From positions 1 through 38,975 of the forward strand of contig CAYNWZ010000001.1 of assembly GCA_964401085.1 (NCBI GenBank): a stretch of 38,975 nt of DNA, read 5' to 3'. The DNA is from an uncultured Gammaproteobacteria bacterium (GTDB lineage Bacteria; Patescibacteriota; Patescibacteriia; Patescibacteriales; Patescibacteriaceae). The notes beneath the pieces were generated by a model, which had not been told where the DNA came from, ran no database searches, and was given only the letters and a program-made list of their open reading frames with translations. Numbering within the stretch: the stretch's first letter is position 1; every line of letters starts with the position of its first letter. Of this stretch, positions 9,382 through 16,265 are shown in pieces. The translations under genes and the position numbers were made by a program.

Positions 9382-9457
9382 GGTCACGTCGCCAAGAGGC
9401 TAAGGCAACGGTTTGCAAAACCGTCATTCGTGGGTTCGACTCCCACCGTGACCTCCA
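9382..9457 (+). tRNA. tRNA-Cys (anticodon GCA), CCA encoded
   Basis: GGTCACG..ACGGT TTGCAAA ACCGT..GTGGG TTCGACT CCCAC CGTGACC T CCA. Confidence 0.9.
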
Positions 9458-9475
9458 TTAGCTCCGACCAATTCC

Positions 9476-9484
9476 TGTGGATAA
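9476..9484. promoter_or_regulatory. Perfect-consensus DnaA box (TGTGGATAA, the reverse complement of TTATCCACA)
   Basis: 9/9 match to the E. coli-type DnaA box consensus. It is part of a 14-bp string, GTGGATAACTTGTG, repeated exactly at 10284. Confidence 0.5.
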
Positions 9485-9628
9485 CTTGTGAATCTTGCTC
9501 AGCTTTGGTCTATAACTCTCTAGACAAACGCTCCAATTCAGACCTAATCTCAAATGTCTACAGTTAAGTAGACAGCCCGCAATTATTGGTGATTACAAGA
9601 ATAGTCCACACAACTCTACCCTAAACTC

Positions 9629-9657
9629 TTGACGACTTTTTCTTTTTTTGCTATACT
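9629..9657 (+). promoter_or_regulatory. Strong sigma70-like promoter with no protein gene downstream
   Basis: TTGACG (9629-9634), 17-nt T-rich spacer, TATACT (9652-9657). Confidence 0.6.
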
Positions 9658-9663
9658 GTGGAT

Positions 9664-9884
9664 ATCGTTCTTTTTAGACCTCTTCTCTGGTCTCTCCTAA
9701 AAAACAAAAATAAAAAAATTGGACCCAGTGTTTCTATAAAAGAAACCGCAAGGTTCCCTGAGACCGGTTAAGAATATAGTTCTTGAAATTTTTGCAAAAA
9801 ATTTCAAGGGGAAGGCCGTCGGAGCTATTTTCTATTATTACTTTATGTAAATTGAAGGGCTCGTCTGTGGCCTTCCTTTTGTTT
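9664..9884 (+). ncRNA. Candidate structured small RNA of about 220 nt, class unassigned
   Basis: It is bounded by the 9629 promoter and a terminator-like hairpin (ggaaggcc 9810-9817 pairing with ggccttcc 9869-9876, then TTTTGTTT). Internal hairpins are agacc/ggtct, gtttct/agaaac and a perfect 12-bp stem, cttgaaattttt/aaaaatttcaag (9782-9808). There is no ATG-initiated ORF. Confidence 0.4.
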
Positions 9885-9897
9885 ATAAAACTCCGGC

Positions 9898-9926
9898 TTG
9901 ACGATTCGTTTTTTTTTACCTACAAT
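9898..9926 (+). promoter_or_regulatory. Sigma70-like promoter for the tRNA-Arg/tRNA-Ala unit
   Basis: TTGACG (9898-9903), 17-nt T-rich spacer, TACAAT (9921-9926), 29 nt upstream of the tRNA-Arg 5' end. Confidence 0.55.
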
Positions 9927-9955
9927 AATCAGCGTCAACTTGTTTCCCGAGGACA

Positions 9956-10027
9956 GCCCTCATAGTTCAATGGATAGAACAAGGGACTCCTAAGCCCTAG
10001 ATCCGTGTTCGACTCATGGTGGGGGCA
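9956..10027 (+). tRNA. tRNA-Arg (anticodon CCT)
   Basis: GCCCTCA TA GTTC AATGGATA GAAC..loop CTCCTAA..CCGTG TTCGACT CATGG TGGGGGC A. The acceptor stem has one G-U pair, and the anticodon stem has one A-G mismatch at its last pair. Confidence 0.8.
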
Positions 10028-10051
10028 CAGGAATAATAATTAAATATTTAT

Positions 10052-10128
10052 GGGCCATTAGCTCAGTTGGCTAGAGCGCTTCCATGGCATGGAAGAGGTC
10101 AAGGGTTCAAGTCCCTTATGGTCCACCA
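10052..10128 (+). tRNA. tRNA-Ala (anticodon GGC), CCA encoded
   Basis: GGGCCAT TA GCTC AGTTGGCTA GAGC G CTTCC ATGGCAT GGAAG AGGTC AAGGG TTCAAGT CCCTT ATGGTCC A CCA. Confidence 0.9.
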
Positions 10129-10131
10129 CCC

Positions 10132-10170
10132 CCACCATAGTTCCACATGGAACTATGGTGGTTTGTTTTT
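10132..10170 (+). terminator. Rho-independent terminator of the tRNA unit
   Basis: A 13-bp perfect stem ccaccatagttcc/ggaactatggtgg with a 4-nt loop, followed by TTTGTTTTT. Confidence 0.85.
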
Positions 10171-10282
10171 ATTAGCTATTCATGGTTTGTCCAAAAAAAT
10201 ATAGACCCAACAAGCAGTGGAAAAGTCCAAAAAAGTATAGACAAAATGCAAATTTTATACTAATATTGGCTAAATTATTTCT

Positions 10283-10302
10283 AGTGGATAACTTGTGGAT
10301 TA
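10283..10302. promoter_or_regulatory. Pair of near-consensus DnaA boxes (AGTGGATAA and TGTGGATTA)
   Basis: Two 8/9 matches to TGTGGATAA, 2 nt apart, about 55 nt upstream of the yraN start. Contains the second copy of GTGGATAACTTGTG. Confidence 0.45.
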
Positions 10303-10357
10303 TTCTAAATAAAGTCCAGAAAAACCTGCCATTTATTTATCTCCCTCCACCGAATCT

Positions 10358-10714
10358 ATGCTAAACCATAACCAGCTTTGGGGAACCTATGGCGAGGATT
10401 TATCCAGCGCTTATCTGTTGCGCCAAGGCTACCAAATAATCGCCCGCAATTGGCGTTGCCACCACCACGAAATTGATCTAATCGCTCAAAATCAAACCAT
10501 GCTAATACTGGTTGAGGTTAAATTGCGGTTAGTTAATAATTTCGCTCCGGCGGTCGATGCTTTAAATTGGCGTAAGCTCAAACAATTAAAACGAGCGGCT
10601 AGTTACGCTTTGTATTTTTATCATCCTAAAGACTGGCGCTACGACTTTATTGCCATCGACCTTAACCCTAGAAATCACTTGGCTCGACTCTGTCATTATC
10701 GTCAGATTCTATGA
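10358..10714 (+). CDS. yraN: YraN-family (UPF0102) endonuclease-like protein
   Basis: The 118-aa ORF shows the family pattern G(E/D)..A..YL...G..I...N.R....EIDLIA......LVEVK. Its ATGA stop/start overlaps dprA. Confidence 0.8.
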   Translation: MLNHNQLWGTYGEDLSSAYLLRQGYQIIARNWRCHHHEIDLIAQNQTMLILVEVKLRLVNNFAPAVDALNWRKLKQLKRAASYALYFYHPKDWRYDFIAIDLNPRNHLARLCHYRQIL

Positions 10715-11598
10715 ATTTTTTAGCCACCAGCCAACCGCCAATCAGGCGGGTTGAAAATAATCAAGCGGATTTCCCTAAACTGCTAAACAATATTTACCAT
10801 CCGGTAAAACAACTTTGGTATCGCGGCAACCTCGCCCTAGCCAGTCAAAGCAATCTTTTGGCCGTTGTTGGCAGCCGCCGATCCAGTTGGTATGGCCAAT
10901 TAATTATTAACCGCCTGCTTGATCGCCATATTGCCAACCAGATAGTAATTATCAGTGGACTGGCCGTGGGGATTGACAGCTTGGCTCATCAGGCCAGTCT
11001 AAATTCTCACAATCCAACTATTGCCGTCCTCGGTAGTGGTCTTGATCCAGACAGTCTTTACCCGCCCAGTAATTGGCAGTTGGCTGAAGAAATCGTCAAT
11101 AGCGGCGGTCTCTTGTTGTCGGAATACCCACCGGGTCAATCGGCGCGTAATTACCATTTTCCCCAAAGAAATCGGATTATCGCCGGGTTGTCGGCAGCTG
11201 TTCTAGTAATTGAAGCCGCCGCCAAATCTGGTGCTTTGATCACGGCTGAACTAGCCCTACAAGAGGGGCGAACAGTCTTGGCGGTTCCAGGCAATATTAA
11301 CCAACCCCTATCAGCGGGCACTAATCAATTGATTCAACTCGGCGCCCAGGCAATTCTCAGCTCGACCGACTTAGCAATTGCGCTTGACTTGCCCCAATCA
11401 ACTTCTTATAGTAAAACTGATCTACCGATTACTGATTGCCACTCGGTTTTATTAAAGCTATTAATAAAGCCGCTGAGTTTAGACGAGTTACTCCAAATTA
11501 CTAATCAATCGGTTAGCCAAATTAGTCAACAGCTTACCGACCTTGAATTAGACGGACACATAAAACAACAGGCCGACCAAACTTATGTCGCCTGCTAG
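10711..11598 (+). CDS. dprA: DNA-processing protein DprA (Smf)
   Basis: The 295-aa ORF has a Rossmann-like DprA core (VVGSRRSS.YG, ISGLAVGIDSLAHQASL, FPQRNRIIAGLS, VLVIEAAAKSGALITA) plus a C-terminal winged-helix-like tail. Confidence 0.85.
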   Translation: MNFLATSQPPIRRVENNQADFPKLLNNIYHPVKQLWYRGNLALASQSNLLAVVGSRRSSWYGQLIINRLLDRHIANQIVIISGLAVGIDSLAHQASLNSHNPTIAVLGSGLDPDSLYPPSNWQLAEEIVNSGGLLLSEYPPGQSARNYHFPQRNRIIAGLSAAVLVIEAAAKSGALITAELALQEGRTVLAVPGNINQPLSAGTNQLIQLGAQAILSSTDLAIALDLPQSTSYSKTDLPITDCHSVLLKLLIKPLSLDELLQITNQSVSQISQQLTDLELDGHIKQQADQTYVAC

Positions 11599-11607
11599 CT
11601 AAAAAAT

Positions 11608-13671
11608 ATGCGCTTAATTATTGTTGAATCGCCAACTAAGGCCAAAACAATCAGCCGTTTCTTAGGAAAGGCCGATGTTGTTGAATCATCTTTTGGCCAT
11701 GTTCGCGACCTGCCCACTAAAAAAATGGGGATTGCTATTGATAACAACTTTGAGCCCAGTTATGAAGTTCCCGCTAAGGCTAAAAAAACTGTTACCAAGC
11801 TTAAAGAGTTGGCCAAGAAGGCTGACGAAGTTATCCTAGCTTCCGACGAAGACCGCGAAGGAGAGGCGATTGCTTGGCATTTACAACAGTTATTAAAGCT
11901 GCCGCCAAAAGATAATAACCGGATTGTTTTTCACGAAATTACCGAGTCGGCGATCAAGGCGGCCCTGAAAAATCCCCGCCAGCTAAACCAAGATTTAATT
12001 GATGCGCAACAGGCCAGGCGAGTATTGGACCGCTTAGTCGGTTATGAGCTGTCGCCATTTTTATGGAAAAAGGTGGCTAAAAATTTGTCAGCCGGTCGTG
12101 TTCAGTCGGTCGCTGTGCGCCTGATTGTAGAAAGAGAGCGAGAGATAGAAAACTTTCAACAACAGGAATATTGGACTATAAACGCTGATTTGCAGGCTAA
12201 GAGTGGCCAATTTAGCGCTCAACTGGCTCGTTGGCAAAATAAAAGCCTAGACAAATTAACCCTTAGCAATGAAGCAATCGCCAACGAAATCAAAGACAAG
12301 CTACTCAGTGCCCAATACACAATCAGCTCTGTAACTAAAAATCGTCTAACTAAAAAGCCGGCCGCTCCTTTTACCACCTCCACCTTGCAACAAACCGCCA
12401 ATCGCTGGTTCGGGTTTTCTGCCAAACAGACCATGGTTATTGCTCAGCAGCTTTATGAGGGTGTCAATCTCGGGCCCCATGGACAAACCGGTCTAATCAC
12501 CTATATGCGTACTGATGCGGTTAATTTATCCAATGAGTTTGTCGCACAATCTCGCGAAGTTTTACATAATAATTTCGGTTCTCAATTTTTATCATCAAGT
12601 CCGAGAAAATTTGCCAACAAGAGCAAGGGGGCGCAAGAAGCTCACGAGGCCATTCGGCCAACCGATCCGCAACGAACACCAGAGTCAATAAAGTCATACT
12701 TAGAACCACGACAATTCAAGCTTTATCAACTAATCTGGCAAAGAGCCTTGGCTAGCCAAGCAGCTGAAGCGCAAATTGATCATATTAGCGTTGATATTGC
12801 CGCTGGTGCGGGGCTGTTCCGAGCCACTGGGCAAACCATTGCTTTCCCTGGCTACTTAATGATCTACCCTGAGCAAACTCAAGAAAAATTATTACCGCCA
12901 TTAGCTACTGAGGAGACTTTAAAGCTTTTAAGACTACAGGCCGAACAACATTTTACCCAACCGCCAGCTCGCTATAGTGATGCCGGACTTGTTAAACAGC
13001 TAGAAAAGCATGGCATTGGCCGGCCATCAACTTATGCTCCGACCATCGCAACCATCGAGGCTCGCAATTATGTTATGCGCGACGAGCATAAAAGATTGGA
13101 GCCAACCGCTATCGCTAAAGTCGTTAACGATCTTCTGGTAGCTCACTTCCCAGAAATTGTTGACTATCAATTTACTGCCAATATTGAAGAGCGCTTAGAC
13201 CAAATCGCCCACGGTCACTTAAGCTGGCAGCCAGTCATTGCTGATTTTTATCAGCCTTTCCATCAAAATCTAGAAACAAAAAACAAACAATTATCCCGCC
13301 AAGACATCCTGCCCGACCAAGCTAGCACTGAGGTTTGCGATAAATGTGGCGCGGCCATGATTATTAAAACTGGCCGCTATGGCCCATTCTTGGCTTGCAG
13401 CGCTTTCCCTAAATGCCGGAATATCAAGTCGATGAAAGAAAAAAAGGTTAACAAGCCACTGCCCGAAAAATTCCAACACCTGTTAACAGAATATGCTGAC
13501 CACGTTTGCGATAAATGTGGCGCGCCAATGGCGGTTAAGGTCGGCCGCTACGGCCCATTCTTGGCTTGCAGCGCTTTCCCTAAATGCCGGAATCTCCAAA
13601 AAATTATCGTCAAAAAAGCAGCCGCAACGGCGACTGCTGTGAAGAGGGGCAAAAAAAGCAAAAAGGCTTAA
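11608..13671 (+). CDS. topA: DNA topoisomerase I with two C-terminal C4 zinc ribbons and a Lys-rich tail
   Basis: The 687-aa ORF has a TOPRIM N-terminus (LIIVESPTKAKTI, DEDREGEAI), the active-site region GLITYMRTD and the GIGRPSTYA motif. It also has two copies of CDKCGA..GRYGPFLACSAFPKCRN. Confidence 0.95.
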   Translation: MRLIIVESPTKAKTISRFLGKADVVESSFGHVRDLPTKKMGIAIDNNFEPSYEVPAKAKKTVTKLKELAKKADEVILASDEDREGEAIAWHLQQLLKLPPKDNNRIVFHEITESAIKAALKNPRQLNQDLIDAQQARRVLDRLVGYELSPFLWKKVAKNLSAGRVQSVAVRLIVEREREIENFQQQEYWTINADLQAKSGQFSAQLARWQNKSLDKLTLSNEAIANEIKDKLLSAQYTISSVTKNRLTKKPAAPFTTSTLQQTANRWFGFSAKQTMVIAQQLYEGVNLGPHGQTGLITYMRTDAVNLSNEFVAQSREVLHNNFGSQFLSSSPRKFANKSKGAQEAHEAIRPTDPQRTPESIKSYLEPRQFKLYQLIWQRALASQAAEAQIDHISVDIAAGAGLFRATGQTIAFPGYLMIYPEQTQEKLLPPLATEETLKLLRLQAEQHFTQPPARYSDAGLVKQLEKHGIGRPSTYAPTIATIEARNYVMRDEHKRLEPTAIAKVVNDLLVAHFPEIVDYQFTANIEERLDQIAHGHLSWQPVIADFYQPFHQNLETKNKQLSRQDILPDQASTEVCDKCGAAMIIKTGRYGPFLACSAFPKCRNIKSMKEKKVNKPLPEKFQHLLTEYADHVCDKCGAPMAVKVGRYGPFLACSAFPKCRNLQKIIVKKAAATATAVKRGKKSKKA

Positions 13672-13676
13672 CTTGT

Positions 13677-14075
13677 CTACTTCTTGTCTCGACGGGCGGA
13701 CCGTCGCTTTGGCTGTTTTTTAGGCGAATCATCGGTTACAGAATCACTCTCCATAGAACTGACTGACGAAGTATAGCGATCAAATTTATCCTTAACTTTA
13801 TTAATCAGGTTTTTCTGCACTAAACCAATGGCCTTATTGGCCAGCTTTTCTAACACTGCCCAATAAGAAAACATATAGGTTATCTTGTTCTTCACTGACT
13901 CGGTAATCTGATTAATGTTCTCTAGCTGTCGATTAATCTCATCAATGGTCTGCCGCATTTCTTTAATAAAGCCGGCAGCACTAATAAAGAAATAAACAAT
14001 CGCCGCACTGATGCCAACAACGCCGATTGCGAGAGCCAAGTTGACCAAATCTTTAGAGGTTGTAAATAACTCCAT
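13677..14075 (-). CDS. Hypothetical membrane-anchored coiled-coil protein with a basic C-tail (start moved to the internal Met)
   Basis: One N-terminal TM helix (LALAIGVVGISAAIVYFFISAAG), then a helical region and a K/R-rich tail. An ATG at 14075 removes the overlap with the upstream gene, whose stop is at 14080. It may be DUF948-like, but I cannot verify that. Confidence 0.45.
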   Translation of the reverse strand: MELFTTSKDLVNLALAIGVVGISAAIVYFFISAAGFIKEMRQTIDEINRQLENINQITESVKNKITYMFSYWAVLEKLANKAIGLVQKNLINKVKDKFDRYTSSVSSMESDSVTDDSPKKQPKRRSARRDKK

Positions 14076-14079
14076 AAAA

Positions 14080-14478
14080 TTATTGGCGCGCCAGATAGCT
14101 GTCCAAACTTTCACCTAACTGGCGAACTTGTGAAATATTTAATAACATAATGCCGGAATGATCGTCACCCAAGCCTAGCTCTTTGGCTGAACACAGCATG
14201 CCATAGGACATCTGGCCACGCAATTCAGCCGGCTGGATGGTTGAGCCATCAGGTAACTGGGCGCCAACTGTGGCCACCGGGACCAATTGACCAGCCTCAA
14301 TATTGGGTGCCCCGCAAACAATATTTAAAATCTCACCACCAGTGTCAACCTTGGCCAAACGCAAACGATCGGCTTGCGGATGTTGACTGACCTCAACAAT
14401 CTTACCAACAACAATTAGAGGGAATCTAGTCGCGGGGACTGCTTTTGGTTGAAAGATTTTTTTAAGCCACTGAAACAT
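14080..14478 (-). CDS. Stand-alone tRNA-binding (EMAP/CsaA/YtpR-like OB-fold) domain protein
   Basis: GKIVEVSQHPQADRLRLAKVDTGGE..IVCGAPN...G..VPVA.VGA.LP.G..I....LRG..S.GMLCS..ELGL matches the tRNA-binding domain found at the PheT N-terminus and in CsaA. The start was chosen at Met14 (14478), just after the upstream stop. Confidence 0.75.
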   Translation of the reverse strand: MFQWLKKIFQPKAVPATRFPLIVVGKIVEVSQHPQADRLRLAKVDTGGEILNIVCGAPNIEAGQLVPVATVGAQLPDGSTIQPAELRGQMSYGMLCSAKELGLGDDHSGIMLLNISQVRQLGESLDSYLARQ

Positions 14479-14488
14479 AGTTTGATGT

Positions 14489-14959
14489 TTAACGATTGGG
14501 GGGTAATTTATCTTCAAAGCTGGAGCTGATTATTTCCGGATCTGGGGTCGGCACTGCTTGCTTTGGAACAAAACAGCGGCCAGCAGCTGGTTGGCAACTC
14601 AACATAAAAAACTCTAGCATAGACAGCCCGCCAACTAAAATTAAAAGATTAAACCAATTGAATAACTGCTGCGACAATAACCAGAGAGTAACAACTACAC
14701 CAAAAGCCAAAAGACCGGCCTGTCTAAAAGCAGCCACCACTGCCTGATGGGCCAGTTTCTGATGAACCAGACTAAATCGACCGACAAATCCGACTAAAGA
14801 CATGGTGCTGAAAACAGCAACAAATAAAGTTAAATAAAACAGGCTTCGGCCAAACCAATTGGCGGCGAAAGGATCAACTCGAAACAAAATAAATAACCAT
14901 AATAGCCAAGCTATAATGGCAACAATCAGATTGCTAACTAAATAATGTTTTAACTTCAT
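14489..14959 (-). CDS. Hypothetical membrane protein (4 TM)
   Basis: 156-aa hydrophobic ORF, first gene of a three-gene minus-strand unit. No motif recognised. Confidence 0.45.
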   Translation of the reverse strand: MKLKHYLVSNLIVAIIAWLLWLFILFRVDPFAANWFGRSLFYLTLFVAVFSTMSLVGFVGRFSLVHQKLAHQAVVAAFRQAGLLAFGVVVTLWLLSQQLFNWFNLLILVGGLSMLEFFMLSCQPAAGRCFVPKQAVPTPDPEIISSSFEDKLPPNR

Positions 14960-15029
14960 GTTTTCAAATACTGACCAATGAATATATTATACTATAAATA
15001 TTCAGGAACCGCAAAATATCACTGCTAAA

Positions 15030-15058
15030 TTGTCCGACCATTAAAAAAATGATATACT
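15030..15058 (+). promoter_or_regulatory. Sigma70-like promoter with extended -10 for the glycoside-hydrolase operon
   Basis: TTGTCC (15030-15035), 17-nt spacer, TGaTATACT (-10 at 15053-15058), 31 nt before the ATG at 15090. Confidence 0.5.
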
Positions 15059-15089
15059 GCTGATATCAATCAATAAAATCAGCAATTGC

Positions 15090-16262
15090 ATGCCTGATAA
15101 GCCAAACCATTCTTTTCCCAAGGGATTCCTTTGGGGAACGGCCACATCATCCCACCAAATTGAAGGTGGCACTCTTAATGATTGGACCATCTGGGAGCCT
15201 GGTCACACTAATGACGGATCAATCTCGGGGGTAGCTTGTGATTCTTATCGCCGATTCAAAGAAGATGTCAGCCTGGCCAAAAAAATCAACAACAATGCTT
15301 ATCGCTTTTCAATTGAGTGGAGCCGCATTGAACCACGACAACAACAATTTTCCCAACAAGCTCTGCGGCATTATCAAGCAGTAATTGACGAGTGCCGACG
15401 ACAAAAAATTGAGCCGGTGGTTACTATTTATCATTTTACCCAGCCAATTTGGTTTGCCGAACTAGGTGGTTGGAATAATCCAGCGGCACCGCAAATTTTT
15501 AATAATTATGTGCTCTATTTAGCCCAAAATCTGAAACGGGTCAAAATCTGGTGCACAATTAACGAGCCTGGTTTGTATGTTTGGAACGCCTATGGACAAG
15601 GAAAATGGCCACCACAAAAATACAGTCTATGGTCTTGGTGGACAGCCTCTAATAATCTAATCAGGAGTCACCGCCTGGCCTATCGAACACTGCATCTGAC
15701 GCAAAAAAATTGTCAGGTCGGTATTGCTAATAATAGCCAAGCCATTGAACCAATTAACAATCACTTCCTTAATCGTTTGGTCGGAAAAATTGCCAACCAT
15801 TTAATTAACGATCATTTCTTCCAAAAAACTGCCGGTTGCCACGACTACTTAGGCATTAATTATTACTTTCACCGGCAAATCGGTTTAGGGCGACGACCCA
15901 AAAATCAACAGTGGCGCAATGACTTGGGTTGGGAAATTTATCCGCAAGGTCTTTATCAGGTGCTGATGGCCGCTAAAAAATACAACCTGCCCATCTACAT
16001 CTTAGAAAATGGCTTGGCCGACTCTCAAGATCAACATCGCCAACGATTTATCATGGAACATTTAACAATGGTTTATCGAGCCATTCAAGATGGCTGTCCA
16101 GTCAAAGGTTATTTTCATTGGTCGTTACTAGATAATTTTGAATGGAAGTGGGGATTTGAGCCGCGTTTTGGACTTTATGTGGTTGACTATCAATCTTTGG
16201 AGCGCCGACCGCGGCCCAGCAGCCGAACTTATGCCAAAATCGGTAAGAATAACGGTTTTTAG
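15090..16262 (+). CDS. Glycoside hydrolase family 1 (beta-glucosidase-like), compact 390-aa form
   Basis: N-terminal FPKGFLWGTATSSHQIEGG, the acid/base motif TINEPG, the nucleophile motif YILENGLAD, and C-terminal YFHWSLLDNFEW. Confidence 0.85.
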   Translation: MPDKPNHSFPKGFLWGTATSSHQIEGGTLNDWTIWEPGHTNDGSISGVACDSYRRFKEDVSLAKKINNNAYRFSIEWSRIEPRQQQFSQQALRHYQAVIDECRRQKIEPVVTIYHFTQPIWFAELGGWNNPAAPQIFNNYVLYLAQNLKRVKIWCTINEPGLYVWNAYGQGKWPPQKYSLWSWWTASNNLIRSHRLAYRTLHLTQKNCQVGIANNSQAIEPINNHFLNRLVGKIANHLINDHFFQKTAGCHDYLGINYYFHRQIGLGRRPKNQQWRNDLGWEIYPQGLYQVLMAAKKYNLPIYILENGLADSQDQHRQRFIMEHLTMVYRAIQDGCPVKGYFHWSLLDNFEWKWGFEPRFGLYVVDYQSLERRPRPSSRTYAKIGKNNGF

Positions 16263-16265
16263 ACT

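Noticed and set aside
9340-9567. 75-aa plus-strand ORF
   Set aside because: It runs straight through the tRNA-Cys gene and its promoter, and it has no independent coding evidence.
9664-9884. Assigning the orphan RNA to SRP RNA, 6S RNA, tmRNA or RNase P RNA
   Set aside because: I saw no GGAA-tetraloop/AGCA domain IV motif, no tRNA-like 3' end with a T-arm and ACCA, and none of the RNase P conserved blocks I know. The length is wrong for tmRNA and RNase P. 6S cannot be excluded by eye, so the class is left unassigned.
9783-9965. 60-aa plus-strand ORF (TTG start) inside the candidate sRNA
   Set aside because: It begins in a perfect 12-bp hairpin, crosses the terminator hairpin and the next promoter, and ends inside tRNA-Arg. 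It is not a plausible gene.
9477-10297. 14-bp direct repeats as att or target-site duplications of a mobile element carrying the tRNA/sRNA island
   Set aside because: No integrase, transposase or recombinase gene lies in or near the segment, and the repeat itself is a DnaA-box consensus. A regulatory or titration role is more parsimonious. The insertion idea is kept only as a minor alternative in the findings.
10182-10364. 60-aa plus-strand ORF upstream of yraN
   Set aside because: It covers the 18-bp repeats and the DnaA boxes. Its Lys-rich translation derives from A-runs, so the region is treated as regulatory DNA.
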